A stretch of 64,000 nt of DNA from Moniliella sp. 'wahieum' (lineage: Eukaryota). The stretch lies in assembly GCA_003971905.1 (NCBI GenBank), contig RSEE01000056.1:248001-312000 (forward strand). The letters are read 5' to 3'. The position numbers and the translations under genes were made by a program. Of the stretch, positions 1 to 14,512 are shown piece after piece; the stretch's first letter is position 1, and every line of letters begins with the position of its first letter. The notes beneath the pieces are model-generated. The model ran no database searches, was not told where the DNA came from, and worked only from the letters and a program-made list of their open reading frames with translations.

Positions 1-84
1 ATCTCTGGCATTCAACAGGAAGACATTATGCATTGGCCAAACACCCCTCACCCTCTGAGAAGAGGTGAAGGGTACTTGCATTGA

Positions 85-1582
85 TCATGAGCAGGTAGGG
101 GTAAAGTCGGTATCTTTGTGCAGTGCGAATCTGGTGCAGAGGAGCACTTCGTTCTCCTCCACCATGGGATGTGAAAGAGGAATGGGCGTAGGATCCCATA
201 TCGCCAGGTATGGCCGCGTTGTCTCGAGGCCGAGAGGGCAGAGCGGATGGATCCAGATGGCACGGGAACAGCGTCAAACGAAGGTGCATGTGAAAACGTA
301 GGAGAAAAGAGGGCCAAGATCGAGCCTGTACTACGAGACGTACAGCGGGCCAGGACCGCGCCGCCGGGGGGACCCATTGGGATGGTCGCGAGCACCTGCA
401 ACACGTGGGAGGGGCGGGGCGCGTCTTGCCCCCTACCTGTCCTGTGAATGCGGGCGTCTTCTCCACGTCAAAGATAGACGGGCGGGGTTTGGATGGAATG
501 CGCGGCGGAGCCGGCGCATATTGCTCCTCAGCCCAAAAGATATGCTGGGACCGAGCATGCTGCAGGGCGGCCATGGCCTTCTCCACTAACCCCCAGAGAC
601 AGGGCGCGCTTTGCGAGCGCGGGCACGTGCCTGAATGATGCGCTGCACAGTGGTCATGCCCTGCGGCGGTTCAGCCGAATCGGCCGCAGAGGGCGCAATG
701 CGCACCGGAGCGGGCGAGGGGACTGCTTGGCTGTTGACGAGTGGCACTGGGTGCTCCCGTGGGCGAGCATCCAGACGAGAGAAAGGGGTCGTCGGTTTGG
801 CACCATCGCTACGGCGGGGACGGAAATGCTTGTCCACATCAGGTTGTTCCAGGTGGTGCACCAGGGCAGTAAGGTTGACTCCGCGCGGACGAGGTGGAGC
901 AACGCGAGAGGGGGAAGGTGACCGTTGCCGCTTGCGCGTAGATGGCGTGGGAGAGGCCGAATGTGCGGCCTGTGGGCGGATTAGGGTCTGGAATGGGGGG
1001 TGGGGCAGGCGCGTGTTTGGGACAGAGTTCGGGGTGACAATGTGGTTAGATTGAAAACGGGACTGGGGCGTAGAGCGTGAGGAACGTGGGGGGTGGGGCA
1101 CAAGCGGTGCGGTGCGCATCATTGTCGTCAGCTCTGACAGGGACAGTTTCGCTTGCGGCCGGTCGGGGCGGGCGGAGGAGGAGGAGGACGCGCATTTTGC
1201 CGCGCAGGTGTGGTGAGCTTTGGGTTTGGATTGGCTGCGAGCGAGGAACGGCGCCAGATGAGTTTCTGTCGTTCGCGTTCGGCGCCACGGGAGAAGAGGA
1301 GCGGCTCCTGATCAAATGCGAAAGAGGGGGCCTGCTTGCTGGGTGCCTCGGGGCGGGAGGGGGGCAGGACACGTGGACTGCGTGGGCTGCGGCCCAGACG
1401 ACGGCGGGGCGAGGGCTGGCCCTGCCATGGGTGGGCGGGAGAGGGTTGTTCTCGTCGGCGTCGGCGTCGGTGCCGGAGCAAGCGGGGCGCGGGCTCGGAA
1501 GCGGACGCTTGCGCTTCGTTGTGGGCGTCGCTGGCAGCGGAGGTTGCGGGCAGGGCGGGGACGTGCTGCGGGTGGGCACCAT
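85..1582 (-). CDS. Hypothetical protein, Pro/Ser-rich disordered N-terminus (frameshifted; 3' end uncertain)
   Basis: Chained minus-strand ORFs 1046..1621, 586..1122, 26..586 and 48..404 with protein-like composition (MVPTRSTSPP..., ALVHHLEQPDVDKHF, WDPTPIP..EVLLCTRFAL); no family recognised. Confidence 0.5.
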
Positions 1583-2659
1583 GGAATAGGGAGGCTGTGG
1601 CCGTTGGACGTTGGTCGCCAATGTTAATGAGGGAGAGTGACTAGGGAGGAGTGAGGCTGAGGCGCGGAGGCCTTAGCCGAGGCACTGCATCATCCTTTGG
1701 ATGATCGATGATCGATCGCCAGTGGCGGAGAAGCGGCGTCGAGGAGCAATGGTTAAATTTTAAACGGGTAAATGCAATGGCAGACAATGGCCGCCACGCG
1801 TCGCGTGTGTCATCGATGTCATCGATCATCGATCATCGATCATCGGTGAGCATATCGGCCATCTTGATCGATCTGTGCATGTGATCATTAAAAGCGGCGC
1901 GTGATGTGCGGCGCGTGACGTGACGCGACAGGTGGCTTCTTCTCGGTTACCGCTTTCGCAAATTTATGAACGCCGCCAGGTTGCCATTTGCATTCTCAAA
2001 GCCACCAGTGTGGGCAGCACGAGGCAGCACGCAAAAGAGGCACATGTGACGCTCTGCATTTCTGGGTTGCATGACGTGTACGCTGTCCCGCAACTCGGCA
2101 ACGCACGACTCAGGCAGTACTCAGTTACTCTCAGCCTGGTCTCGGATCTCAAAGTGCAGAATCCACAATGCATGTCATGCATGATCAACAGTTGATGAGA
2201 TCGATGATCCCCACACCATGGTGTCTCTCGGCTTCGGACTTGGCCGGAGTTATGCCGACAAAAAAAAAACTCCTCGGAGCAGCCATGCACCGTGCAACAC
2301 AAGCGGCATCGCTCCGCTTTGGCCGTACGCTTTGAAATTTGATACCGCGTCGCTAGTAACTAACTAGTAACTAGTAACCAAGTAACCGGGTAACCGCCTG
2401 ATTTGCGTGCTCCTTTGCAGACGCAGGGCTGATGCTGGTCTACCCCAGCGTGCCCCCCAATATACGGTTTCTGGTGAAAAGCTTCAAGCGGCCCGTAGCT
2501 GCTGATCGATGGCCGTCGAGGGCCCCAGCCTTGGCTTGCAACTGGCTGGCACATTTGTTTTCTTCCAATCCCCCTTCCCACCAACACCCCATCTCCTCCT
2601 CCATCCACCACCCCACCGACCGTGCACATGACGAACGGCCGCCCGGCCTGCTTACCGTC

Positions 2660-4578
2660 ATGACCAACATCTCCTCTCCTTCTACCTCGCCCGTTACGGC
2701 CCCCCCAGCAGACCTTGCTATACCTGACGCTGACCGCGCCTCCCCAAGCTCCAAGACTAAGAAAAAGGGAGAACCCCACTGGCTCACCCTCGAGGAGGAG
2801 CAGGCTCTGCCCGACAACAACCGTTGGGCTGTGTTCAGCTCCCTCATGCTTTGCGTCTTCACTGCGGCCCTTGACCAGTCAATTGTTGCCCTGCCCTTCC
2901 CACCATCGCTGCCGATCTGCATGCCAATGCCGCGGGCTACTCGTACGTCTCTAGCTCCACAGGATGCCCAGGCAATCTGAAAGCGTGGACCAGCTGACAC
3001 ATCTTTGGCATAGGTGGGTTGGCACAGCCTATCTCGTAGCTGCTTCGACTCTTAACCCTATGTATGGGCGCTTGAGTGACATGGTGGGTCGCAAGCCACT
3101 CCTATTCTGTGCAATCGGTTTTTCTCTTGGGTAGTGCTCTATGCGGTTCCGCCCAATCCATCATCTGGCTCTGCTCGGCGCGAGGCGTGCAAGGCCTTGG
3201 TGGTGGTGGTATTATGTCCCTTGGCCAGATCGTATTGGCCGACCTCACTACGCTGCAAGAGCGGGGCAAATGGACGGGGCTCTATGGCTTGGTCTGGGGG
3301 TTCGCCAGCGTGATCGGGCCCCTCGCTGGTGGAGCTTTGACCACCAAGGCCAGTTGGCGTTGGTGTTTTTCATCAACCTTCCCATCTGTGGTTTGGCAGG
3401 TGCCATGCTCTTTCTTCTTGAATCTCCCTGCTCGTCCCCTCAAGTCGTTCAAGGCCGTACTGAAAGAATTTGACTTTATGGTCTCTTCCTCATCTCGGGT
3501 GGGGCAATTGTTCCTCGTTGGTTTTAGCAGTGCTGAAACCGGGACCTGGGGCGAAGGCAACACGATTGGACCCATCGTCTCGGGCGCCGTCATGATGGTC
3601 TCATTTGGATTTTGGAATGCCAACACAAAGCGGACCCCGATCATTGCGCCCCGCCTGTTCAGACTCCGAACGACCACAGTGCTGCTAGTCATGGTGGCCA
3701 TGCATGGAATCACCTTTATGAATGCGACCTACTATCTACCCAACTTTTACCAGGTCGTCAAGGGCGCCAACGCCCTCATGTCGGGGGTGTACGTCTTGCC
3801 GTACCTCGTGCTCTCCTCCCATCGTTTCCGCACTGGCTGGAGTAGCAATCAGCAAAGCCGGCGCGTACCGATTCATGCTCTACTTGGGCTTTGGAATCAT
3901 GACGCTTGGATTTGGGTTGATGTGCATGTTGACCTCCAAGAGCAGCCTTGCCGAGGACCTGATCCTCCCTGCCGTTATGGGATTAGGAGTGGGGATGTTG
4001 TTCCAAACACCTTCCATTGCGGCACAGGCGGCCATGCCCGCTGCCGAGGTAGGTTCGACGATTGCCGCCCTGATCTTTGCCGCCAATTGGCTACTACCAT
4101 GGGTATCTCGATCGGCGGGACGATTCTCAACTCGGACTGGAAACGACGGGCGGGACAGATCGAAGGTCTGCCTCCGGGGATAGACAAGCTGGTCGTGAGC
4201 AACGTGCACATACTGCGTACGTTGCAGCCACCCGAACTGTCCAAGCGGGCAATCTATGCCTACAGTGAGTCGGTCCGGCTGATCTGGATCGTCAACACAC
4301 CTCTGTGTGCAGTGGCGTTCTTGCTCTGCCTCGCGGTCAAAGGATACAGTTTCAAGCGAGCTCCCAACACTGGGGCGCAAGCCGACACCGAGGGCCAATG
4401 CTGCGGAAGATTGCTGCTGAGGACACTAAAACGGACGGCTCCGTCCAGAGAAAACGCCTCCGACACGCTTCAAAATCCTTTGTTCCCAGATGGGGAAAAG
4501 ACACAAAAAGACGACAAGATTGGCAATGAGACTCAGAGAGTCATTGTCATCCCACAACTCCCGAAACCCACTTCTTAA
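2660..4578 (+). CDS. MFS drug:H+ antiporter (DHA2-like, 14-TM type)
   Basis: WAVFSSLMLCVFTAALDQSIV, GVQGLGGGG (motif C), ERGKWTGLYGLVWGFASVIGPLAGG, ASWRWCF; intron about 2943-3013; several 1-nt frameshifts. Confidence 0.9.
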
Positions 4579-5322
4579 AGCTTGATGCTCTGATGAACTG
4601 CTGCACGCTGGAATGTCTGTTAGCTTGGCTCACAACATGCGCAGCGTAATCTTCTCAGAAATGATGTCATGGTACCTTCAACACGTAGATGCTACTATGC
4701 CCCCCCCCACTGCCTTCAACACGCTGCGGTATTTTTGTCAATGCACTCTTCATATTATTCCCTTTAACGTTTCACCGAGTTAGTGATCTTCAGTAACTGA
4801 GAGTAGTCGTAACTAGTAGCATAGATCTAAGAGGAGCTCTCAAAGCTCACAGTGAGAATTTGATCTCTTCAGTGCCTTCAGCACCAGAGTTTGTTTTGTT
4901 TCCTGTGGCCCTCTAGTCCCTCTCTTTTGATCTCGGGGCTTCAACAAGCCATTCAATCTTCGACACTTCCCACTGCCTAGGTTTGACTTTTGGATTGTTG
5001 AGCTGGGATCCTGCGTAGCATCCGCTTGTACCCATGCCGCCCGCCCTTTCAGCATGGTGTGAGTAGTCAGTAGTCAGTCGACTGCTACAGATGGTCACGG
5101 ATTGGGGAATGGGTCTGATGCATGATGCATGATGCAGGACTGACGCGTCGGAGTGAAATGTTCGATTTGCACGACGCGTCCTCCCCGCCACGCGCCACGC
5201 GACCGACATGGCCACCGGCGAAATTGAAATCATCTAATTAAGAGGATCTCGACGCGCAATGCGGCAGCCACCACCACCACCGCCAGGGCAGCCGCCACGA
5301 CCACGACCACCATCAGAACCCA

Positions 5323-8300
5323 ATGGGGGACGAGGGTTACGTGCTGACCTCGGACCCCGAGGAGATACTGGAGGCCGCATTCAGCCTTTCCATTCATCCC
5401 TCCGATGCTCCACTGCCCCCATCTTCCTCGCCCGCTCGTGCACATTCACAAGCCCAGCTGGCACAGCGCATCCGCACACGCTACGCCACCCGCTTGCCCC
5501 GCAGCTTCCTCCTCGCCCCACCACAACCGAGCCACCGCACACCATCACCGCCCTCGTCCACGCCGCAGCGCCTGGGATCGTCCCCTTCTGTCGGAGGGGA
5601 CACGACACTTCTCACCCCGGCCGTCGCGTCTTCGATGGATGCAGACCCTAAGACGTCCACCGTCGCGCCTCGGGCCGCCTCCTTCTTGCCGTCGCCCGGT
5701 TCGCCACACATGCGGTCTCTTTACAAACGCAAGACCCGCTCTGTCTCTCCTCAGATAGGCCGATACGGATCCACATCCACCGCTACGTCGCCTGCGCACA
5801 GCGCCCTCGTCTGCGGCGGCATAGTTGGGACCACATCCAAATCCACACCTCCCAGCACTTGCCACACCCATGAGCGAGAGCGATGATGACATGGACCTTT
5901 TCCGTCCATTTCCTGTCCCCGCATCCAGCTCCGTCATACCCCCCCTACCGCCAGAGGGTGCACCCACCCTGGTCACGGAGCATCCCTCGCGTTAGCGGAT
6001 ATGGACACTGCATCGCCCGACCCCCTCGCCTTGCTCGCCACTCAACCTGCCGGTCCACAATCACCAGGACGAGTCATTTGGATGTTCTGTCTCCCACCAT
6101 ACCTACACCACCTTCTCCTTCTTATGGGCCAACACAGCTGCATTGTACGTCCTTCCGCATCCAAGCAGCTCTTATTCTGACCGTTTTCCAGATGAGGGCT
6201 CTTCTGGTATCGGCACTGAACCGGCCGCTCTGGATCATGATGCGCATCTACAACCCCTTCACCCATCCGCTCCCCAATTAACGACGAACCCAGAGTTCGA
6301 CTTCTGATCCATCCACCTCCCGCTTCCAGCCCTCCACCTGCGCCTGACCCCTCCCCAGCCGCAGCGGAAACAGCGCTGGAAACTGACCCGCCTGCAGCCA
6401 ATGGATCTCCTCCTCACCCTGCAGCTGAACGTGAAATGGACGCGGCAACACTGGCTGCGCTCGCGGCACCATCGCCTCCACACCGCTCTTTTCGCACTCG
6501 CAAAGCCGCCCAACTCAACCCGTTCACATACGAACAGCAGCGTATCAACGCACTCTCTATGCGCGCGACTGGGAAGACGCAGTCGTCACTACGCGGGAGC
6601 AGCGCCTAGAGGCCAAACGCGGCACGCCCTCCAGATGGAGGAGGTACGCCGTGCGGAAGAGGGGGAGGAGTGGATGGTACCAGACCAAGAGTCTCAGGAA
6701 CCTCCGGAGAGATGCTCCCTCTCCCCGTCCTCCTTCCGCAGAACACCCACCCCCTCACCGTGCTGTCCCACATTCGAATGGTAAGCGCAAGAAGAAGCGG
6801 ATCCCAAGCAGGACCAATGCTCAAAGGCGAAACCTACCCCCCCCAACCGGGAGAAACGGAGGAGGAACGAATCCGGCGGATCAAGGCGAACCGCGCCAAA
6901 ATCCTCTCTTGGTTCTCCGAGTCCGAGTCGGAGAAGAGGGTGACCGCTGAAAGAGGGCGATGAGGGTGTCACGACCCATTCCAGGGGCCAATGAAGAAAC
7001 CCAAAGCCCTCCTCCAACAAGGCGAGCAACGGTTGTTTCAGATGGCTCTGATGCCGAGGGTGGGGGCGGGTCTGACCCGGAACTTGAGGCTGAACCTGAG
7101 CCGCAGAGAAGGACACGGCACGACGAGATGGAGGCCGAGCTGCGGCACCGCTACCGTCTTCTGATCAAGGTGATGCCCAAAGTACAAGCCAGAATCTGCA
7201 TTAACGATCTGCGGCGGATGATGCAGGGCAAGCCGTATCACTCGGATGGGCACTCGTCTGATTCTCCACCCCCCCCCCCAGAGAAGAAGACCTTCTCCTG
7301 AACCCGACGGGACACCGGTTCCAGGAATTGCTCATCGACGTCGAGCTCGCTCAGGAGACCCATCCCGTACGAGATTGTGGGCGATTCGGACTCGTCGCCG
7401 TCGCAAAACGAGTATTTGGTCATCAGTTCGGACGAAGGAGGGAGCATCCGTTCCGAGGATGAGATGCCCACACCGAGACAAACTCGGCCGAGGGAAGACC
7501 TCATTGATCGCATGCTTTCTCGCACTAGGAGGGCCCCAACGACACGTCCCAAGCCTCGTACCCGTCCTCGCCACCGAAAGGAAGGCACTTCGATTCGCCT
7601 CCCTATTGAAGGCCGAGATTCCTCCATTCCAGGGCGACGATTCAGTCGCACCCCTTCCTACTCCAATACTCAATTTGTGGGTGGGACAGTTTGGGACGAT
7701 GAAGCAGAGGAGATGGGCAGGAAGAGCTCAACTGGCGGAGCGAGAGCTGGGGCGGGAGCCGGGGAGGGAGAAGGCAACCGATCACGGCATCAGCCAGTCG
7801 TAGAAGTGGGGGCACGCGGCGCATGGTCCTCGTGCTAACCCAGTCCACCCTCGCGGTCCACCACGTACCCCCGCTCGCCACGGGAAAGAAGGGAGGAGTC
7901 GGGCAACCCCTGGGATACACTTTTCATTCCCCGTCGTCCGACCCACGCAGAACTGCAACGTCCTCCTGCTCGCCCTTCTTACCATAAGGGTATGGGGGCT
8001 AACCCAGACCCCGTCTCACCTCGCCGCATTCGATTGCTGGATGAACGGCTTGACCAAGAACTCTTCACCGACCCGCGTGGGCGGCGGGAACTGCCAGCCC
8101 CTGCCGAAATGCCAATCCCTGCCGCCGAACTCACACTGCTCGACCGAGTAGTGCTGGCAGAGCGGAACGTCATCCTCCCCCCTTTCGTGCTACATCTCCT
8201 AGTGGAGAGAGGCATCGTGCGGTCCAACAGCTGCGGGAAGCCAGGAATGCAAAGACCAGGCCTTCGGCGGTGCGTCCACCTTTGGTAGAAAGGCAACCAG

Positions 8301-11300
8301 AGCTACAAGATTGGTTCCAAGTGCAACCAGTAGAGGCGCCTCCAAAGGCGGCACTGGACGAAGCGGAGCTCGAGCGGGCAAATCAATGGTCCGGGTTGGT
8401 GACCATGCGACCGAGTCTAGGGGTTCCCTTACTTCCCTCGCACGCGCGGGTAGAGGGTTGCTATGTTGCCAAAGGGCAGTTGCAAAAACTTATCTTTTCC
8501 TGTCGATCTGGACTCTACCATGCCGGATGAGGAAGATGAGAACGAGCTAAGTGGGTTCCTCTTCCCCTCTCTCGCTCCACGCGGCCGGGGGTGGTGGCCC
8601 ACGGGTTAGCCGATTTTTTCGACACACTACGAACGGACTGTCGTTCAGCTTCGGAGGATGGATTGGCCGCCATTCAAACCCGATTCATCGCCTTGGAGCG
8701 GTACATCATCTCTCGTTTCACATGGGGAGAAGCCACGGGGAGAGCGAGACGGCGATTTTGGTTAGCTAGGGGAAACGGCAGCGACAAGATGGAGCACCTG
8801 CTCGAATTGGTGCAAGAAGGAGAGGCAGAACAAGCCTCAGATGACAATACCCGCTCTGCCACTCTTGACTTGATGGTGGGTATGGCCCATTTACGCCTGC
8901 TTGTTATCGCGCGTCACCTCCGGAACAGGCTTGAGGGACATATGGCACATCCCCGAGATTGCATCTTCCGCAGCCGGAGTGGTACGAAAGCTGCTGCAGT
9001 ACGGGCTGCATCATACCATGGCGTCTGTGCGGGCGGTCAGCGTCTCCTCCCCCGAGGGGGAGGCGTAAATGATCAACTGTGGATATGTGGGTTTCGCTCA
9101 TTTCGCTTTTGGGCTCATCCTTCTGGCCCACCGTGGAGGAGGTGGTCATTAGCTGGCTGGGCGGGTTGGCGGGAGCACTCTTCAACCCTGGCTGCATGGG
9201 GAGCGGATCTGGTTTGTTCTGTTGAGCCTGCTGTGCCTATCCCAACTCAATCGAGACGGGCTTGCGATCCCACCCAACGAAAGCCCATTAAAGGAGAATT
9301 GGTCTCTGGTGGGCTCAGCTGTTTCCGCTTCTTGTGTCCGCTACTCCGCACCGGTCGAGACCCATATGCGGAGTACGCCCTGCAGCAAGGGATGAGTATA
9401 TCGATATGACCTTTCGTCGTATCCTCCTCCTTCTCTCGCGATGGAATTGGAAACTCTGCTCCGAGGGGGGGAGCAGCTACTTCGTCAATTGGGTAAGGGT
9501 ATCTTTGAGGCAAAAGGATATTCGTTCCAGTCCCTACCTAGCCAGACTGGCAACGACTTCCCTCCCTTCCTGCGGGACTTGAACAACCATTCCATCCTCC
9601 ACCCATTGGAGGATAGTGAGGAAGGAGGCAATACGTTTCACCTTTATCTTCGTCTCCTATCTGCCTACGGCCTCGAACGGCAAGCCCCCGGAGGAGACTT
9701 GCGGGCTACTCGGCGTCTCTTCTACCGTCTTCTCCTGTACAACAACTACGCTTCTCCGTTGCGCAACCTCCCACTGGAAGCGAGCTAAGCCAACTTGTCA
9801 ACCTCTATTCCTTGGCTTTGGTTGCACTTTACCTTGCCCCCTCCGACGACGGGAGAGAAACGCTTTCTCAACTTCGTCGTGTACAGGGCTGGCTCGACTT
9901 TCGCGCAGCCGATCAGAACTCCCAGCTGATCTGCATCCGTGCCGTACAGTACTTTGGATTGTGTGCCAAGATCAGCACCTGCCCTTGGATGATGTGGGGG
10001 AATGGTTTGCGCAAGTGGTGGAACAGCTTCAGCAGGTTTCGCGCCTACCTTGTCGGGTGAAGTAAGTCTGGGGGGGATCGAGTCGGAACGGGTACGTCGC
10101 CGCGTCAGCGTGACGCACGATTGCTCCTCATGGCTTCGTTGCGGGCTTTGCGATACGTGATTCAACACCCTTCCCTTTCTCCCGCGGCCAAGCCCGACCA
10201 CCTTGTTTTTCCCAGCGCAGTACTCTTGAGCCCAAGTACGTCTTCCCATCCCCTTTTGTTTATCAATACTAACTAGGTGTGTCTAGTCTCGGATAGCCTA
10301 CTTACCACACTTGCGCTGGCCGAGGTGGACGTGGGAAAGGAGGCGCTAGCATGTATCCAAGCCTTCTTTGCCCGGCGGCGACAGTTACCAGGCTGTGCGT
10401 GAGGGTGAGCCTGCTCCTGCCGCACATTTGACCGACACGAATTTGGACAGTCAAGACCTTTGGGACAACGACTTATGGGACGACGCAGCGTTGATGAACG
10501 ATCCAGGGCTGAATGCCTTGTTGGGTGGAACAGCGCCAGCGCCTGCGTTGGCGCAACGATGCCCCAGCACCGACCGAGACCGAGGGCCGTATGACCCTGG
10601 CACGTTCACTGAGCTCGACGAGCGTTTGGCCCGAGATCGACTGGTTGCACTCGCCAAATCCCTCTTGGCTGTTTTGGTCAATGCTGTCTCCCCTACCGCC
10701 CGTCTGGGACAGCTGGGTCCGATCACCTCACTCGCGGTTGAGGACCAGTCGCCATCGCACTTGCGCGATATGCCGCTGGGTCGGCTGGCACAGCTGAGCG
10801 AAGGACGAGAACTGCGCAAGCTGGTGGAATTGGTGGTGGACACGTTGGTGGAAACAGCGGGGATTCTGGTGAGCAACAAGGTGCTTTCGTGGCCGAGGTT
10901 GTTCTTCGTGGGGACATGGCCATCTCGTGTCTTCCGCCCACAGGCCGGGGCACGCGCGATGTGATTCTGCGTTTTGAATGGGGGATGGCGCGTGATCCGT
11001 CCTGCCTTCCAACGATGGGACAAGAGCTGATCAAGACATGGTTCCGCACCGTGGCGATTCGCCATCTCTCGGTTCAGGGGGAATTTACCTTGGCGCTCAC
11101 CAAGGCCAACCCGCCACTCCCATTCTTCCAGGGCGCGGAACGGTCTGGTCTGTCGATGCGGGGATAGAAGCATTTACCAAGGCTCGAACCGCTATTCTCC
11201 AGGTCATTCTGGAAAACATGCGAGAAACGGGAATGCGACGGCCGCAGGACAAGGGGCTGATGCTGGCCTACTTGCCCCACCTCGTTTCTACCCTGCGGGA

Positions 11301-11511
11301 GGAGGTGACGGCAATCCGTGCGCCAGGCCATGTCGCTTCCCCCACCGACAAGGCGTACCTCGCATTTGCTCAGGAGATCCTTGACATCTTCCCGGACGCG
11401 ATCGGTCCCACCATCTACCACGCTGATTTTTTCCGCTACATTCCCGAACAGCTTGCGTTGCTTAAGCATCAGCTTCAGCCTGCCCCTGCTGCGCCAGCGG
11501 CGCGTGATTGA
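5323..11511 (+). CDS. MMS22: Mms22/Mus7-family DNA replication/repair protein
   Basis: Long disordered N-terminus with RSFRTRKAAQLNPFTYEQ..YQRTLYARDWEDAVV (about 6485-6590); helical C-terminal region with ELIKTWFRTVAIRHLSVQGEFTLAL; recognised from memory of the fungal family; many frameshifts. Confidence 0.7.
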
Positions 11512-12453
11512 GGCATTCTTGGACTCTCATACACTTTGATTATACTTGAAAACTATTGTTGAGCGTGGTGAGTGCTTGAGGCAGGGAATAGAGAACGAAC
11601 GAACCGGCCATATGGCCATGGATGGAGGATATAAATGTGTTTGACATTGGTGAGGATCAGAGAAGTTAGGATATGAATATGCCGGCTCATACTAGTAGTA
11701 TACTTAGTACTAGTAGTATGCCAAAGGATTGGCCTCGTTATATAGTACTCTTTGATACCGTTGGGTGGATGGGTAGGACAAAAGGTGCCGGAACGGCCTA
11801 CCGTGGATGCCAAGCGAGACAGTTGCCGTCCCAGACAGCATCTTCTTGATGGGCGAAAGATACATATGGCAACCGCTATGGTAATCGAGACGGTGGACAA
11901 AGGGCGCGTTTATAGGTATACAGTAGTACTATGGAGATACGAAGATGAGCATGGCACCATGGAAAGGGTTATCGTCATCTCCATATGGTGAACGATATAG
12001 TAATGAATGGCCCCGTGCCGCTGGATAAGTGTATTTTGGGGTCGGACTATACACTTGTAGGAAACCACCTGGGGAAGCCAACAACGCACCATCCATGCTG
12101 TGATCAAGACATCAAAAGCGCCGCAAACCAAAGAAAAAGAAAAGCGATCATGTCGACCATGAACGACGTCACACAACCCCATTCTCTACATCCCCGATTC
12201 CAACTAAACTGTCGCTACTCATAACAGCCTGAATATAGACAGGAGGTAACACGCAACGGATACTAATACATCAGCATGCGAACGTAACCGCCCGATCCGT
12301 AACAAGCCGGGAAATGTACGAGGGGGAGCGAGCAATAGGCGAGGACCCCTCGGTTTGCAACCGACCAACCAATAAACGACAAAAAGGAAAAAAAGTGAGC
12401 GAGGGGGAACATAGGATGCAAATAGCGAGGAGGCAAGGGCTGGGGGGGGGGAG

Positions 12454-14449
12454 TCAAGGTCGGCGAAGAGAGTAGATGCAGACATCAAACTCGATCCGAG
12501 CCAACGGTTCGTGGGAGGGAATATCATCAATCCGGCTCTGGAGCACATCGTAGAGTGCATCCAGGGTATAGGCCACAGCGCCCTTGCTCAGTCGCCCGCG
12601 ATGGGAGAGGAGCTGACGCCAATGCGCCTCATACAAGTTCTTGGTGAGTGCAATAATGTGCTGGCCGTAGGCCTCGCGGCTTAGGTGGCCGGCATCGTAG
12701 GCGACCCAAGCCGGAGAGGGATGCGCAGCGGACGAGCCTGACTTTGCGGTCCCGAGCCGTGCGGCAGCTCGCCCAGACCACACGCCCACTCTACCGTCCA
12801 CAGAGACGCTTGGTCACGGAGAGTGTGCAAGCTCTGCTCCTGGCTGCGCGGGTAAATGGGGAGACTCATCATGGCCCGTGCCATGTCGGCCTTGAGCATG
12901 TTGCAGGAGACAAGGCGTTGAATGGAAGGGGTTAGCAAGGAGCTAAGCACACTCCACACTTCCTCCTTCTCTGGGCGGAGTGAGGGTGAGCCAAAGGCAG
13001 TACGCGCTCCATCGTCCCGTGCGATGTAGGCAACCACCAGCTGCCCTCCTGGGCGCACTTCACTTGCTCGGGCCAAGAGGAACCGACTCAGTTGCCGTTC
13101 CTGCTCGAAATCAGTTACGGGAACGAAGGAGGCCGAGGCGGAGGTGGGTGGCGGGCGAAAGGGGGGAGAAAGGGGACGTGTCAGATGATGGTGGGGCCGG
13201 GTGGGCCCAATGCAGATCCATCAGAGACACGCCCAGGTCAACGCTTTGACGGGGACAGACGGGCGTCGCAAAGGGTCGCGTGGTAAAGTACGGGAACACA
13301 TGAGCCGAGGGGGGTGGGCATGAAGAAATTCCTGGGAAAGGTAAGAGGTGGGATCGGTATCAAGCGCATCCATAAGATTGCGAAAGTCGGTTCCGTCACT
13401 ATAAGTATGAACGATAATCATGTCTGTACCTTCATCCTGGGCGGGAGAAGCAGCCGACAAGGCGTCAGCCAGGGTGCCGATTAAGTGTGACAACAACGAG
13501 AATGCACGCCCATGCACCGATCCGTATTCCACCACTCTCACCGGGCGGTCAGGGGAAGGAAGCGAACCTCCTTTGACCAAGGCCTCGAGGGAAGAGAAAA
13601 CTTCGCCCTTGCAGGATCAATTTCCTGTTTCTCTCGGGCAGAGCCGGTTGTTTGGATCGGACGCAGGCATTTCAGTCCCGAACAGGGCACCGAGCGCAGG
13701 TTTGGGCTCCGACCACCCGGAACCCCCTGGAGTTGCGGACAAGCTCTCTGTGGAAGTACGGGTAACGGAGGCAGGGCTGAATGGAGAATCGGGGGAAGTG
13801 AGCTTGTTTCCATACGAGGGTTGGCGGTGAGAGTCTTCTGAAAACGTAGAAGCAGCGGGACCGAGGCCATACTCGTCCTGCCCCGATGGGGCGGTCGAAG
13901 CGCCCCGGGGATCACGCAGGGGGGGACCAAAGAGGTAGCTTATATCTTCGGACCGCGGACGCGGGCGCCCATCAGGAGGAATAGGCCTCAACGAGGAGGT
14001 AGGCGAAAAAAGGGAGCTGGGCAGGACAGTGGAGCGGGAGGCGGCACGCTCAGCTAAGGAGGCGAGTGCTCTGGGTTGGACCTGACTCGGACGGAAGAAC
14101 TTGAGGTCCCCCTGCCCTGAAGGATGGCCCAAACCAAGCTCCAAGCCAGTGCTTACGGTGGGGGAGATGTTGCCAAGGGAAAAGTCGTCCGATGGGATGG
14201 AGGGGCGAGGAGACGGAGGGGGTGAGGACGAGTCTTCCTCGTCCAGGACGTTGGACAGGTCCACGAGGCGGGTGAGAGGGGAGAAGGAACGCTGGCACTA
14301 GGAAGGATGGGAGCTGTGGCCACACCTTGGACGCGCGGCATGCCTCGGACGGGCGGAGGCAGCTGGATGTTCCGTGGCCGGCGCCGAGTTCCCACTGCGT
14401 GGCTCGAGGCACCGGCCGAGTAAGGGACACCAGACTGGGAAGAGCTCAT
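12454..14449 (-). CDS. SAM-dependent carboxyl-methyltransferase (SABATH)-like domain protein with long Ser/Pro-rich N-terminus
   Basis: VRVVEYGSVHGR (degenerate motif I), TDFRNLM, PRQSVDLGVSLMDLHW, FLLARASEVRPGGQLV, LPIYPRS; start could also lie at about 14638; frameshifts. Confidence 0.65.
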
Positions 14450-14512
14450 CGGGCGCACATATCCCTGCAGATGAAGGAAGAGGTGGAGAGGTGGTAGGAG
14501 AGGGAGGGCTGT

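Noticed and set aside
2660..14449. MFS transporter plus methyltransferase as a secondary-metabolite cluster
   Set aside because: No backbone enzyme (PKS, NRPS, terpene synthase) and housekeeping neighbours
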